Source of the DNA: Eledone cirrhosa
Lineage: Eukaryota
Length of the DNA stretch: 64,000 bases
Direction of reading: 5' to 3'
Assembly (NCBI GenBank): GCA_964016885.1
Contig: OZ024743.1
Span: forward strand, 326,430,001 to 326,494,000
Below are positions 31,306 to 43,106 of the stretch, in pieces. A model generated the notes under the pieces. The model did not search any database. It was not told the DNA's origin and saw only the letters and a program-made list of their open reading frames with translations. The translations under genes were made by a program, and so were the position numbers. Every line of letters begins with the position of its first letter. Positions within the stretch are counted from its first letter, which is position 1.

Positions 31306-34300
31306 TCTATATATATAAAACAGAAGATGTCTGTCTGTTTGTCTGTGTAACCGCATGCATTTCTATATTTTACAACCGATTTGCACCAAATTTCATACAT
31401 AGGTTTCTGAAGTCCTATTACGCGTCGTAGGCTATTTTATTTTTCCGTACATCGATTGTGGGGTCCCCCTTAATCCTCTCGCTTGGAGTCAGCAGTACTA
31501 CTGCATAAAGGCCCCATAATTCCTGCAGTTTGCCTCCCATCTTCACCAAAATGAATCTTTTGTTTGCTTATGGTCTACAAATAAATTTTCAGGCATGCAC
31601 TTGCGCAGAAATTCAGGTAGGGGGACCCCTTGGGGGAAGGAAACCGACTTGATGAATGTTGAAGTTGATATCATCAATGCAACAAAACGTCATAACTGCT
31701 TGAGTTGGTGTTTGGTTTTCACGAAGCGAGACGTATTGGTTACCCATGGCTTATAAAGGAAGGTGAACACATGAACTTTTAGTTGAACTTATCAAGGGGA
31801 CCTTTGACTTATCTATTGAAGCAAGCCCCTTCGACTTATCTATTGAAGTTCGCATTAACACTGTATTAGTACTTGATAACTTTTGAAGCAAGTGGGCAGT
31901 AAGCCCCGGCGAGTGAAACTACATCGACAAATTCATTTCTGCCGAACTACCTGATCCGTCGATTGACAAGGACCTCTTTTCTATAATCACATCAAACATG
32001 GTCCATGTTACTTGCGGACATGGACTCAATATGAAATCCCCGTGCATACACGACGGAAAGTGTACAAAACGATATCCCAGGTTATTTTTGCAGGAAACAC
32101 AGACTGGCGAGGACGGATATCCTTTGTATAGGCGCAGGAGACCTGAAGACGGTGGGTTCACAGCAAAAGTTGGCGAACGCGAAATCGACAACAGCTGGAT
32201 AGTGCCATATTTCCCTCCCTCCTCTTGAAAGCGTTCAACGCCCATATAAACGTCGAATTTTGCAACTCAGTAAAATCAATTAAATACGTTTGTAAGTACG
32301 TAAACAAGGGATCGGATGCTGCCGTCTTTGGTCTTCGCTATGAAAACAGTAGAGACGAAGTATCTGACTACCAAGCAGGCCGATACATTAGCAGCAATGA
32401 AGCCTTTTGGCTTCCCACTGCACCAACGACACCCCGTCATTAAACAACTTGCCGTTAACCTTGAAAACGGTCAACGGGTGTTTTTCAACGATGCAACGAT
32501 GCAACGATGCAACAGCTGCTCAGCTAGCGAGCTCACCAAAAGAAACTACACTCACCGCGTTTTTCAAACTTTGTCAACACGACGACTTCGCTCGAACTTT
32601 GCTGTATTCTGAAATACCGTCTTACTATACATGGTACCGGACAAAATGGCTACGACGGAAGGTAGGGCAAGAAGTGGTTGGACATCCAGGCATCAAATTC
32701 GACAATTGCCTTGGGCGAGTTTATACGGTCCACCCTACCCAACACGAATGCTTCTACCTGCGACTTCTGCTTAATGTGGTAAGAGGGCCGACCAGCTTCA
32801 CTCATCTGAGAACCGTCGATGGATACGCCTGCAGAACGTACAGGGAAGCCTGCTCGAGGCGTGGACTTTTAGAAGATGACGCACAATGCGATGCAACCTT
32901 GACAGAAGCTGCCATCTCACAATCATCCCATAGTCTAAGGGCTCTTTTTTCTATCCTCTTGCACGTCTGTGAATTGAGCGATCCTTACTCTTTATGGCAA
33001 AAGTTTAAAGATGATTTCGCAGACGAATATAGGCGTCTCGCTCAATTGCAATCTCAAAACTTAGATGTCGGCTTTTCAGACGCTATATATAACAGAGCTC
33101 TGATCGATATTGAAGACAGAGTGGCTTCAATCGGCGGAGATGTCTTGGAGAAATATGGGCTTCCGCAAACACTTCGAGATGCGCCATCTGACATTCCCAA
33201 CGACATTATACGTGAAACGCCATATGATGTCGACCAACTCAAAAGGTATGTTGAAGAAAATGAACCAAAACTTCTAATGGATCAAACACCAGCCTATAAC
33301 ATTGTCGTTGATTCCATCCGCAATCGGGGAGGGGGTATATTTTTCATGGACACACCTGGAGGCACGGGCAAAACATTTGTAATCAAACTTTTACTCGCTG
33401 CAGTGAGGCAACACGGAAACATCGCATTGGCCGTGGCTTCTTCCGGCATTACAGCAACTTTTCTGCCTGCTGGCAGGACGGCCCATTCTGCCTTTAGTCT
33501 TCCTCTCAACGTGGCATCATCTGAGACACCCATGTGCAAAATCAGCAAGCCTTCCGGAAAAGCACTGGTGTTAAAGCGCTGCCTACTAATTGTTTGGGAC
33601 GAATGCACAATGGCCCACAAGGCGGCTTTCAAGGCATTAGACCGGTCACTCAGAGACATCAGGGACTGTCAAGAACCAATGGGAGGTGTCACTTTCCTGT
33701 TATCTGGAGACTTCCGACAAACTCTGCCTGTAATCCCAAAAGGTACGCGGGCTGATGAGGTTGGTGCATGCCTTAAGGCCTCCCCACTTTGGCATTATGT
33801 AAGAAAGCTGACGCTTACAACAAACATGAGAGCACAACTACAAGGTGATGAGACATCAGCGGGTTTTTCTGCTGCCATTTTGTTGTTGGGAGATGACAAA
33901 GTCCCACTCCACGGAGATGGTGCAGCGGACCTCACAGGGATTTGCAGATGCGTTAAGTCAATTGCTGAGTTACGGAGTCTGTTTTTCCTAATCTTGAGGA
34001 GAACTACACAAATCAAGAGTGGTTGTGTGTACGCGCAATATTGGCTTCGAAAAACCACATAGTTGGAAACATCAATGAACAGCTCATGCTGTGCTTGCCT
34101 GGAAACCTGCATGTCTACAAGTCCCTTGACTCTATGGCTGATCCGGACGAAGTCGTTAATTACCCCCACAGAATTTTTTAACTCCCTAGACTCACCCGGA
34201 TTGCCACCACACTTACTGCGACTTATGAAAGGTGCCCCTGTTATGCTCCTCAAGAATTTGGAACCCCGAAGGCTTTCCACCGGCACGCATCTGGTCGTCC

Positions 34301-35313
34301 AAAAGGCTATGCCTCATGTTATTGAGGCAACAATACTTACAGGATGTGGTAAGGGGGATACTGTCTTCATACCAAGGATACCTCTCATTCCATCCGGTAA
34401 AGACATTCCTTTCACATTCAGAAGGCTGCAATTCCCTCTCCGGCTCAGTTTCGCCATGTCGATTAACAAATCACAGAGTCAGACGCTGACGGTCGTAGGG
34501 CTCAATTTAGAAGAACCGTGCTTCTCCCATGGTCAACTATATGTTGGCTGCTCCCGAGTGGGGAGCCGGCATAACCTATTTGCTTTTGCAACTCGCGAGA
34601 AAACCCAAAATATAGTCTATAAGGAAGTTTTTTAGGCACCCCATCCGCCAACAAGTAATCGCTGTTTTTTATTTTGTATAAGTGCTTACATTTGCTGTAT
34701 CCGTGTGCTATTTTTGTCCTTTTGACAATACAACGTACGCATCTGAGGTTGCTTTTGCTATACGTTATAAATGTACAATTTCTCCGTTTTTCGCATTTAT
34801 ATGTTGCTATTACGCTTTGCTAGCGATGTTCACTAGTTTTAACCTAATTAATCTACTTTTCCCTACATCTTATTTACACATTTCTTTTGACATTCCAGCG
34901 TGATCTTGCCAAGGCCGTTTTTATGGCCATCGACTGTGACATGCTTTCTAGGTTACAATCTCAAATAACAAGCAAAGCAAATACGACACACCAAAGTGGT
35001 GTGAAGGACTTCTTAAGGGCCACCACCTCTAATCGGAATCGTCTTTGCTGACAGCTCTGCCGCTGGGACTTTTAAGAGTGAACGATCCAAGGCCCTCTTC
35101 AGGGCCACCAAATTTAAATTGTTACCATCAGATTCATCTTTGCTCGCAACACCGCCGCTGAGTTATTGCAAAGTGAACATTAAAAGTTCCTCTTCAGGGC
35201 CACCAACTATAAATAGTTACTTCTATAGTCTTGTTTAACGGAAGTCTTTCGGTTCATTTGAACGACTACTCCATTGAGAGTTATTCCGGGCAACGCCGGG
35301 TACCCCTGCTTCG
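31306..35313 (+). mobile_element. Helitron, internally deleted
   Basis: 5' TCTATATATATAAAA; 3' ccgggcaacgccggg hairpin and a degenerate CTRR-like end; Rep-helicase remnants inside. Confidence 0.9.
31920..34635 (+). pseudogene. Helitron Rep-PIF1 helicase, frameshifted, N-terminal Rep motifs missing
   Basis: DGYPLYRRR, HINVEFC..KYVCKYVNKG, PGGTGKTF, IVWDECTM, GDFRQTLPV, QFPLRLSFAMSINKSQ, HGQLYVGCSRV. Confidence 0.93.
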
Positions 35314-35338
35314 TTATTGTTTTTGTTTTCTGTTTTAA

Positions 35339-35429
<91 letters not shown>

Positions 35430-35434
<5 letters not shown>

Positions 35435-35638
35435 AACGAGTAGGATCCCGACGGCTGAGCTCAAGCCGTTTCGACGGCTAATTCTGGACCCAGAATTAGC
35501 CGTCGAATTAGCCGTCGAAACGGCTTGAGCTCAGCCGTCGGGGTCCTACTCGTTCCTATTACCCACTCTACTACCCTACGTATTGAGTACTTTGGTGCGT
35601 TATGGTCCATCTGGTTCCTTACCACATTTCCTTCGTTA
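35430..35638 (+). repeat. Fold-back repeat centred on a hammerhead-like stem II; same family as about 46000-46194
   Basis: Palindrome 35430-35559; right arm reads stem II-GAAA-CGGCT tgagctc AGCCG-TC-GGGGTCC. Confidence 0.65.
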
Positions 35639-37055
35639 TATATATATATATATATATACTACCCCTACCACAAGCCTAACGAGAAACTTGTGTATGTTAA
35701 CGCCAAGTCAAACCACCCTAGATCCATAACTAAGGCCTTGGTGAAGAGTGTCTCGGACAGGATCTCCAGCCTGTCCGCAAATAAGGAAATCTTCGATAGC
35801 AACGCAGAATATTACAACGCAGCTCTAAATAAGGCGGCCAAAATATATCATATAATCCGAAACGCCGGGATGGGGATGGCCCAACGGACACCCTCACCGA
35901 CGGTGTCCGGGAGGGGGCGAATCCTAACAAGACAGGCAGCACCATGAGCACCAAACAACTAAGCACCATGAGCCCGACACCACCACATGAGCGAGGGGGA
36001 CGTGTACGCATAACCATGGGAGGAAATCCAATACGAGTAGCGGTCTCAGGGGTGATACTAACCACCCCGGGCCCGACGCCCCAACCGCAAGACACGTGGA
36101 GGGGGTGACGGGGGACCATCCCATTGTAGAGCTCCCAGCGCGAGCAACAACCACCCCACAGATTCGGGCCGTGAAGGTAGCAAAACACATAGCGCCCAAA
36201 GGGGAAGAAACAATGCGGGAACCACTAGCAACCCAACAACTCCCCAACAGCCCACGGCACGCTCAACCCACCCACATAGGAGTAGACGCAGAAAAATCAC
36301 GTGGTACAACCCACTCTACTCAGCGGCCCTAAAGAACAGCTTGGCCCGCTCATTCTTTAGAGCACTTGATAAATGCTTCCCGAGGGACCATAGATACCAC
36401 AAGATCTTGAACAGACACACTGTGAAGCTCTCGTATTCTACCACGAGAAATGTGGCCCAACACATAGCTAGCATCAACAGGAGTAGACTTAAAAACCACA
36501 CACAACCAGAAGCTGGCAATATAAGCACCCAGCAGAACCATGTGGAAGGAAAGAAGGGTGGACCCAGTCCCCACCCTGGAAACCCAAACAGACCCAGTGA
36601 CACCCCACCGGGCCCGGGGGAAGACCACCATATAACACGTAACGGGAACCCCACAGTAAGCACGCGGAGGTCGACCACCTCCTGCAACTGCAGAAACCCC
36701 GAATTATGCCCCCTTAGTAATGAATGCCTTAGGAAGAACCTAATATACGGATGTAGAGTAAAAAAAACCCAACTCTGAGCACCTTTACATAGGAGCCACA
36801 TCAACGAGCTTTAAAGACCGATGGTATAACCATCGCCATTCCTTCAATAGGTAGGACAAAAGAAAAAGTACGGCTCTTTCCGAACTGATCTGGAAGCTCA
36901 AGCTGGACAGGACCCCGTACTCTCTGGCCTGGTCCATAATCAGGAAAGTACCACCTGATAAAGGAGGATCTGGCATCTGCAAACTATGTCTGATCGAGAC
37001 CCTCGAGATACTAAGACGTGGAAGCAGCCTGATAAACCTCAGGACTGACTTCTTC

Positions 37056-37345
37056 GGGACATGCAGACACCTCAGGGCCGGGACCTTCCTCAAGCTATAT
37101 GGACAGTAACAACACACTGGGATGTGAACTTCCCTAAAGCTATAGGGACTTCTCCAGAACATGTAGACACCTCAGGGCCTGGACCTCCCTCAAGCTATAT
37201 GGACAGTAACAACACATTAGGTTGGGAACTCCCCTCAAGCTATAGGGACCCCTCCGGGACGTGCAGAGACCTCAGTGCCGGGACCTTCCTCAAGCTATAT
37301 GGACAATAACAAAACATTGCGATGGGAACTTCCCTCTAGCTATAA
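37056..37345 (+). repeat. Three tandem copies of about 100 bp covering the Penelope ORF end
   Basis: agacacctcagggcc..ggacct.cctcaagctatatggaca.taacaa repeated three times. Confidence 0.85.
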
Positions 37346-38453
37346 TGACAGCAGCCCCACCATACACCTGCCTCGATCGACTCCTGTGACAACACATACT
37401 TATGCATATGTCCATACATAGATACTGTTATTTAAGATTGTACATGCACAGATACTTACATGTGTGTGTTAGGATGGGTGGGTGTGAGTGTGCATGTGGG
37501 TGTGTGGGTGTGTACGAGTGTGTATGTGTGTGTGGGGGGGTGCTTAGGGGATGCACCTGGGCCTGTGCCTGTGCCTGTGCGTGTGTGCTTGGAAGGATGT
37601 GAGTTGTCATACACGCATATGAGCTCTATGCCAAAATGGGAACTGTAGTCCTCTGCATTTCCGGATTTTAACACTCGCGTTCTGGGGTATTACACTCCAC
37701 CCTTGCCTCATTTGCTCTTAAAACGCACCACACGATGATAGTGTAAAGATTGATTCTGACACAGCCTTTCTACTTCGGTCAATATCTTCCAAATCTTTCA
37801 AACGCATTTTATTTGATTATCTTATTTTATTCTTTTATTATCTTATTCCTTTTACTATTTTATTATTTTTTTGTTTATTTATTTTCTTATTTTATTTTAT
37901 CTTATTTCATTGTATTTTATTTTACTTTTTTATTTCGTTATTTTATTCTTTTATTTTTTAGGTTTTACCTTTTCATTTCATTTTATTTTTCTCTTCATTT
38001 TTTTAATTTTTTATTTTCTTCATCTGCTTGGCACAAACAACCCCCTCCCACCACCACCACCACCACGAGAAATGGTGGCAGGATAGATGCCAACACACAC
38101 ACACACACAAATTCTTCTAAAAATAGCAGCAGCGAGACTTAAGCTGACCCCAACACCAACACCACTACCAACATAAGGGAGGAGGTCAGTTGTACCTAAC
38201 AATAACAAAAACAACAACTACAGATTGCCTTGCCTCAGAAAGAATTTCTATAGACTTTTGACTGAGGAATGTTCTCACAACTGACCAATGGGAGGAGAGG
38301 GTGTCCTTTGACGCTGAAATTCGTTTGTTCGAATTCATATGATTCCAGTTCCTCAGAGAAATAACAACCCAATCAGGAACTGGGCATATCGGAGTATTGA
38401 CGAAGTTAAACACCTCAACAACATGTGTCCCCGTCTCTACCACACCAATTCAG

Positions 38454-38508
38454 ACTGCCTGAAGAGGTCACAGCCAAAGATGGCTATCACCGAAATATAT
38501 ATAGCAGT
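38454..38508 (+). ncRNA. Intact minimal type I hammerhead ribozyme
   Basis: ACTGC-CTGAAGA-GGTcacAGCCA aaga TGGCTatcACC-GAAA-TATATA-TA-GCAGT, followed directly by AATAAA. Confidence 0.9.
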
Positions 38509-38549
38509 AATAAACGAAGCCAAATTTTAAATATTTGACTTATTTATTT

Positions 38550-38625
<76 letters not shown>

Positions 38626-38949
38626 GAGAATGTCTGTCTGTCTGTCTGTCTGTCTGTCTGACTCCCTAAAACTCGAGAACCACCCAACCGATAGTTTTCA
38701 AACTTTCAAATTGTCAATGCCCTAGGGACCGCATTACGCGATTTAGCGATCTCTCTCTATAATTCTTAGTCTTTCTTTTTAGATAGATACATATATATAA
38801 CGTTGCGCCTTTATAATATCTGTCTGTATGTCTGGTTGTCTGCATTACGACATTATGACGCTATATGTGTGTGTGTATATAATATGTATATATATAGTGT
38901 GTAACGTTTTTCGAAATATTTACTTCTGCGTTCACAGATTGATTATTTT

Positions 38950-38999
38950 AGTTTCAGAAGATACCGTTAAGGATGAAAACAGCGATTCTTGCTTAAACT
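38950..38999 (+). ncRNA. Hammerhead-like motif with variant core CAGAAGA (more decayed copy)
   Basis: AGTTT-CAGAAGA-taccgttaaggat-GAAA-acagcgattcttgc-TT-AAACT. Confidence 0.5.
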
Positions 39000-39004
39000 T
39001 TAAT

Positions 39005-39233
39005 CTGTATTAAAAATAAAATACAATTACAATTATAAATATATGATTTTAGAATGATGAAAGTATTTAAACTATATAAAACCTATACATGGACAATAAT
39101 ATTTACGTACATTCCTACTTAAAATACATCTATGGTTCTTATATATTTGATATATATTTATCCTTATCGAGCCTCGTGAAATAAATACATTTGTTTATAT
39201 TTTGTTATTGTCTATGCAAAAATATCTGAACAC

Positions 39234-39303
<70 letters not shown>

Positions 39304-39532
39304 GTGTTCAGATATTTTTGCATAGACAATAACAAAATATAAACAAATGTATTTATTTCACGAGGCTCGATAAGGATAAATATATATCAAATATATAAGA
39401 ACCATAGATGTATTTTAAGTAGGAATGTACGTAAATATTATTGTCCATGTATAGGTTTTATATAGTTTAAATACTTTCATCATTCTAAAATCATATATTT
39501 ATAATTGTAATTGTATTTTATTTTTAATACAG
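39005..39532. repeat. Apparently perfect palindrome with 232-bp arms around (TA)n
   Basis: 39005-39236 is the reverse complement of 39301-39532. Confidence 0.95.
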
Positions 39533-39649
39533 TTTGAGGTTATATAAATTATTTTACGTGCATAGAAAATAAATAGTTCAAGAGAAACTGTTTTGATCTG
39601 TCTGGAATTCGCAGTCACTCTATTGCATAGTGATCTTTTATTTTCTGGG

Positions 39650-39905
39650 GACGTCGCGTGGTTCAGTAGTTCGGGTGTTTGTCTCACGATCATAATGTCA
39701 TAAGTTCGATTGCCGGTGGAGCGTTATATCTTTAAGCAAGTTACTTATTTGAGCAAGTCACTTATTTTACGTTGCCCCAGTCCACTCAGGTAGTAATTCG
39801 AAGGGTCAACCATATCACATTGTCATACTGAATCTTCTGAAAAATGTGATGAGAGTGTTTGTATTCGTGGAGTGCTCAGTCATTTCACAAGCAGGCTGTT
39901 CCGTT
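39650..39905 (+). mobile_element. Family B SINE interrupted by the Gypsy element (resumes at 43500)
   Basis: tRNA-like head; caggctgttccgtt|gatc continues after the insertion, compare cagactgttccgttgacc at about 7003. Confidence 0.7.
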
Positions 39906-40395
39906 TGTGGTTAGAAAAAGCTACTTCACTTACCGCTTTCGCTGGCACCGCTAATCCCATGGCTCTAGGAAGAATGCCAACGTATCCCCCTCGAGGTACA
40001 GTGCCATGAGGCCAGCCAAATCTTCTATCTTCTGTAAGCTTGCGAGCAGCCGGACTTTTCGCAGCCAAGCGACAACATCGCCTTCACCGGTAAATGCTCT
40101 AATCGCTTCTCCGCTCATTCGTAATCTCGTCGCCATATCCTAATTTTGTCCTGCGGTAAGTAATAAAAAACAACAGACTCCTCTCTGTTTTTCCAGTAGC
40201 TTTGTTTTCGAGAAAGTTCTTTTTTCTTTTTTTTGATCAATCAGATCTCAGTTTCCAGTGCCGAAATAGCTTGTGGTTAGAAAAAGCTACTTCACTTACC
40301 GCTTTCGCTGGCACCGCTAATCCCACTCTTCCGGTCGAGCACTCCCCAGCCTCCGGCCACCGCACACCACACCATACCCACACGCCCCCTTGATC

Positions 40396-41700
40396 TCAAG
40401 GATCAATTTCCCCCTCGTCCTGCTGCATATGAAAGTCTGCTGTCCAGGTTGGTGGTTTGCGACTTCTTTGCGATCTCCGCAGTGTTGGGGCGGCACTTTG
40501 GGTTTCCTCTTCCTCGGAGTCCGTTGACACAGTAGTTCTACGGACATCCAGGCCATGACGTGGTACTCCGTCCGTGGACACATTGTTCTGGGAATTTACG
40601 GCCGTCACCGTTCCCCTTCCCCATTGAGATGTGCAACGTGCCTCTGGGGGCTTAACCCAGACTTCTTCGCCCACCTGCACGAATGCATTCTCTCTCTCCA
40701 CTGGCCGTTGTGGTGGCGTACACGGGTGCCGCCACTCGTATCTGAATACTGCTCTGTGTGGGACCGATTTCTCAACCTGTCCCGCCCGAGGGGACATGTT
40801 GTACCAGAACACTGCCTCCATTGGAGAGATGTGGCCCCGCTCTGCCATTGCTTTGATCGTCCTGTGGTGTCGCTCCACGATTCCATTTCCGCTCGGCCTG
40901 TACGCTGCTCTGAAGAAACGGTCCACCTTCCATCCATCGAGCATCTCCCTCAGCGCCTCCGAGCCGAACGCTGCGCTGTTGTCCATCAGCAGTTCGTCCA
41001 TAGGGCCCCGCTCCAAGAACACCTCTCTCAACGTCCGCGTGATTTCCTCGGCCGTTCCAGTCTTCATCTCCTTCCATATCGCCATCCGTCCCGGTCCACA
41101 GTCGACCATTGAGATGTATGTTCCTTGTCGGTAGTGTGTTACATCCACCGCCAATCGCTTCCAGTCGCGATCCACCGGGAGGCTTCCCGTTTCGTGCACA
41201 CCCGGGGCCGGATCAATGGCCTGACATCGGACGCAGCCTCTAACCACTCTTTGAACACTGTGTCTGTTAACATCCGAGTCGATTCTCCTGGCTAGGAACA
41301 GAGTCCTATCCACTCCCATGTGGTGCATGTCATACAACCCTTTCAGATCCGACTCGGTCAGCCGACACACGGCAGCTATCTCCTCTTCTACATCCTCCGG
41401 CTCTTCCATCCAGGCTTTCTTCACCCTGGTTAAAACGTCCGCCCTATTTTTCTCTGAGGGCACGAAAACTACGCTCAGCCTCAGGTCGAACTCGGTGGCC
41501 AGCTCTCCTAAAGTTCCCAGACGGCGTTTTATCAGCATCTCCGCCGCCCCTCTCGTTCGCACTCTCTTCTCACTGGTGAGCACTGATGTCACCCATCAGA
41601 GTACAGTAACCGAGTCGGTGCGAATCTCGATGGTGCGCAGTCCCCAACTCAGGGCGAGGTTCACCCCTCTCAATACCGCGTCCAGTTCGGCCACACTTTG
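40396..41700 (-). pseudogene. Gypsy RNase H C-terminal part and integrase
   Basis: AELDAVLRG..IRTDS, NRADVLTR, HMG..CVRC, LAVDV, MDNS, GNGIVERHHRT. Confidence 0.9.
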
Positions 41701-41817
41701 TTCTTTGTGGGTTGCGCCACCGCCATTAACGGCAATACTCCACACTTCACCTTCTCTTTCCAGGGAATCAGTATGCCCTCCTCAATCCATCTCTCTACCT
41801 CTCGCTCGAACTCGCTC

Positions 41818-42330
41818 CTAATGTCTCCCTTCAATGTGTTGATAGCAGCCCACTTTGGTCTTCAGTGTTGGTGGTTCTCCCTTCCAGTACCACTCAACAA
41901 CCCATCGTTGCCCATCGAACACGACCTTGAAGTTTTTGTCCTGTACAGTGTAAACGGGATATTTCTCCTTGCGGGCCTTCTGGTTCTCCTGTCGCGTACT
42001 CACAGCGTATACCGATGCGGTGCCGCCAAACGACACACCGACATTGTTCACTGTGACGCCTCCTAGACGACCAATTGCGTCCATGCCCATAACTAAGCTG
42101 ATCCCATCCACCACCTTGTCGACTACAATGGCAGAAAGCCTTATTTTCTTTCCCCGTACCGCCATCTCCACCTCGTTGCGACCTCGGCATTCAATTTTCC
42201 TACCGTCGACTGCCCTTACGCTGCTCTTCCCTCTCCACCTCTGCGCCACCCCCGCGGTCACCAGTGTCGTCGTACAGCCCGTATCCATGAGGGCTCGCTG
42301 TGGCTTTCTCCTCACGAAAACTTTCACCAC
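41818..42330 (-). pseudogene. Gypsy aspartic protease region
   Basis: ALMDTGCTTTL and LVMGMD motifs. Confidence 0.85.
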
Positions 42331-42422
42331 GGACAGCGCCTCTACTCGTAAGGGGCAGCTATCGGCGCAGTAGTTCCCCTTGGATCGTTTCCCTGGTCGC
42401 AGCTAGTAGCGATGTGGCCTGG

Positions 42423-43106
42423 TCACTTACACCGGTAACATATTTTGTCCGGCCTTGAGTCTCTACAGTCTCTCGCCATGTGCGGGCCCTGGCGCCTAAA
42501 ACAGCGACCTCTAAACGTTCGCGGGCGACCGCGTGCCGTAGTTGCCTCCCTTTCACCATTTCGCTGCCGGCTACCTTGGGCCTCTATCATTGCTATCGCC
42601 GCGACACTCTTCTTGGCATCTTCTGCTATGATGCGGGCTTGCTCCACCAGTGCACGCATCTCCATTTCCTTGTAACCCGGGACTTGCTGCAGTTTCACCG
42701 CTATGTCGTCTGGAAATCCATTTATGAACGCCAACCGCACCGTGCGTTCGCATTCCACCTGATATCCAGCCAACATGGCCAATCGCCGTATTTCCGCTGC
42801 GAAAATGTCAACGCGTTCACCGTTCCATCTAATCCTTGCCAGCTTAGCAAAAGCGGCTAACAGTCCTTCCGCGAACGCTTCCGTCATACGCCTCTCAATC
42901 TTTTGCGCATCCCTTTGGCTATGTTCATCCATCTCTAGGAAGAGTGCCAACGTACCCACCTCGAGGTACAGTGCCATGAGGCCAGCCACATCTTCTATCT
43001 TCTGTAAGCTTGCGACCAGCCGGACTTTTCGCAGCCAAGCGACAACATCGCCTTCACCGGTAAATGCTCTAATCACTTCTCCGCTCATTCGTAATCTCGT
43101 CGCCAT
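42423..43106 (-). pseudogene. gag: Gypsy Gag with zinc knuckles (premature stop)
   Basis: FTGEGDVVAWL, FINGFP, CFRRQGPHMARDC, CYRC. Confidence 0.85.

Larger units (their letters stand above)
35658..38552 (+). mobile_element. Penelope-like element (Naiad-like), 5'-truncated, between (TA)n arrays
   Basis: YHKPNEKLVYVNAKSNHP, FPRDHRYHKILNRHTVKLSYST, CNCRNPELCPLSNEC, LIY..YIGATSTSFKDRWYNH, CKLC, TCRH; terminal hammerhead. Confidence 0.9.

Noticed and set aside
32407-34635. Host PIF1 helicase gene
   Set aside because: Intronless, frameshifted, fused to Rep motifs and bounded by Helitron termini
35090-35205. Minus-strand CTGAAGA copies in the Helitron repeats as hammerheads
   Set aside because: No GAAA or stem III follows
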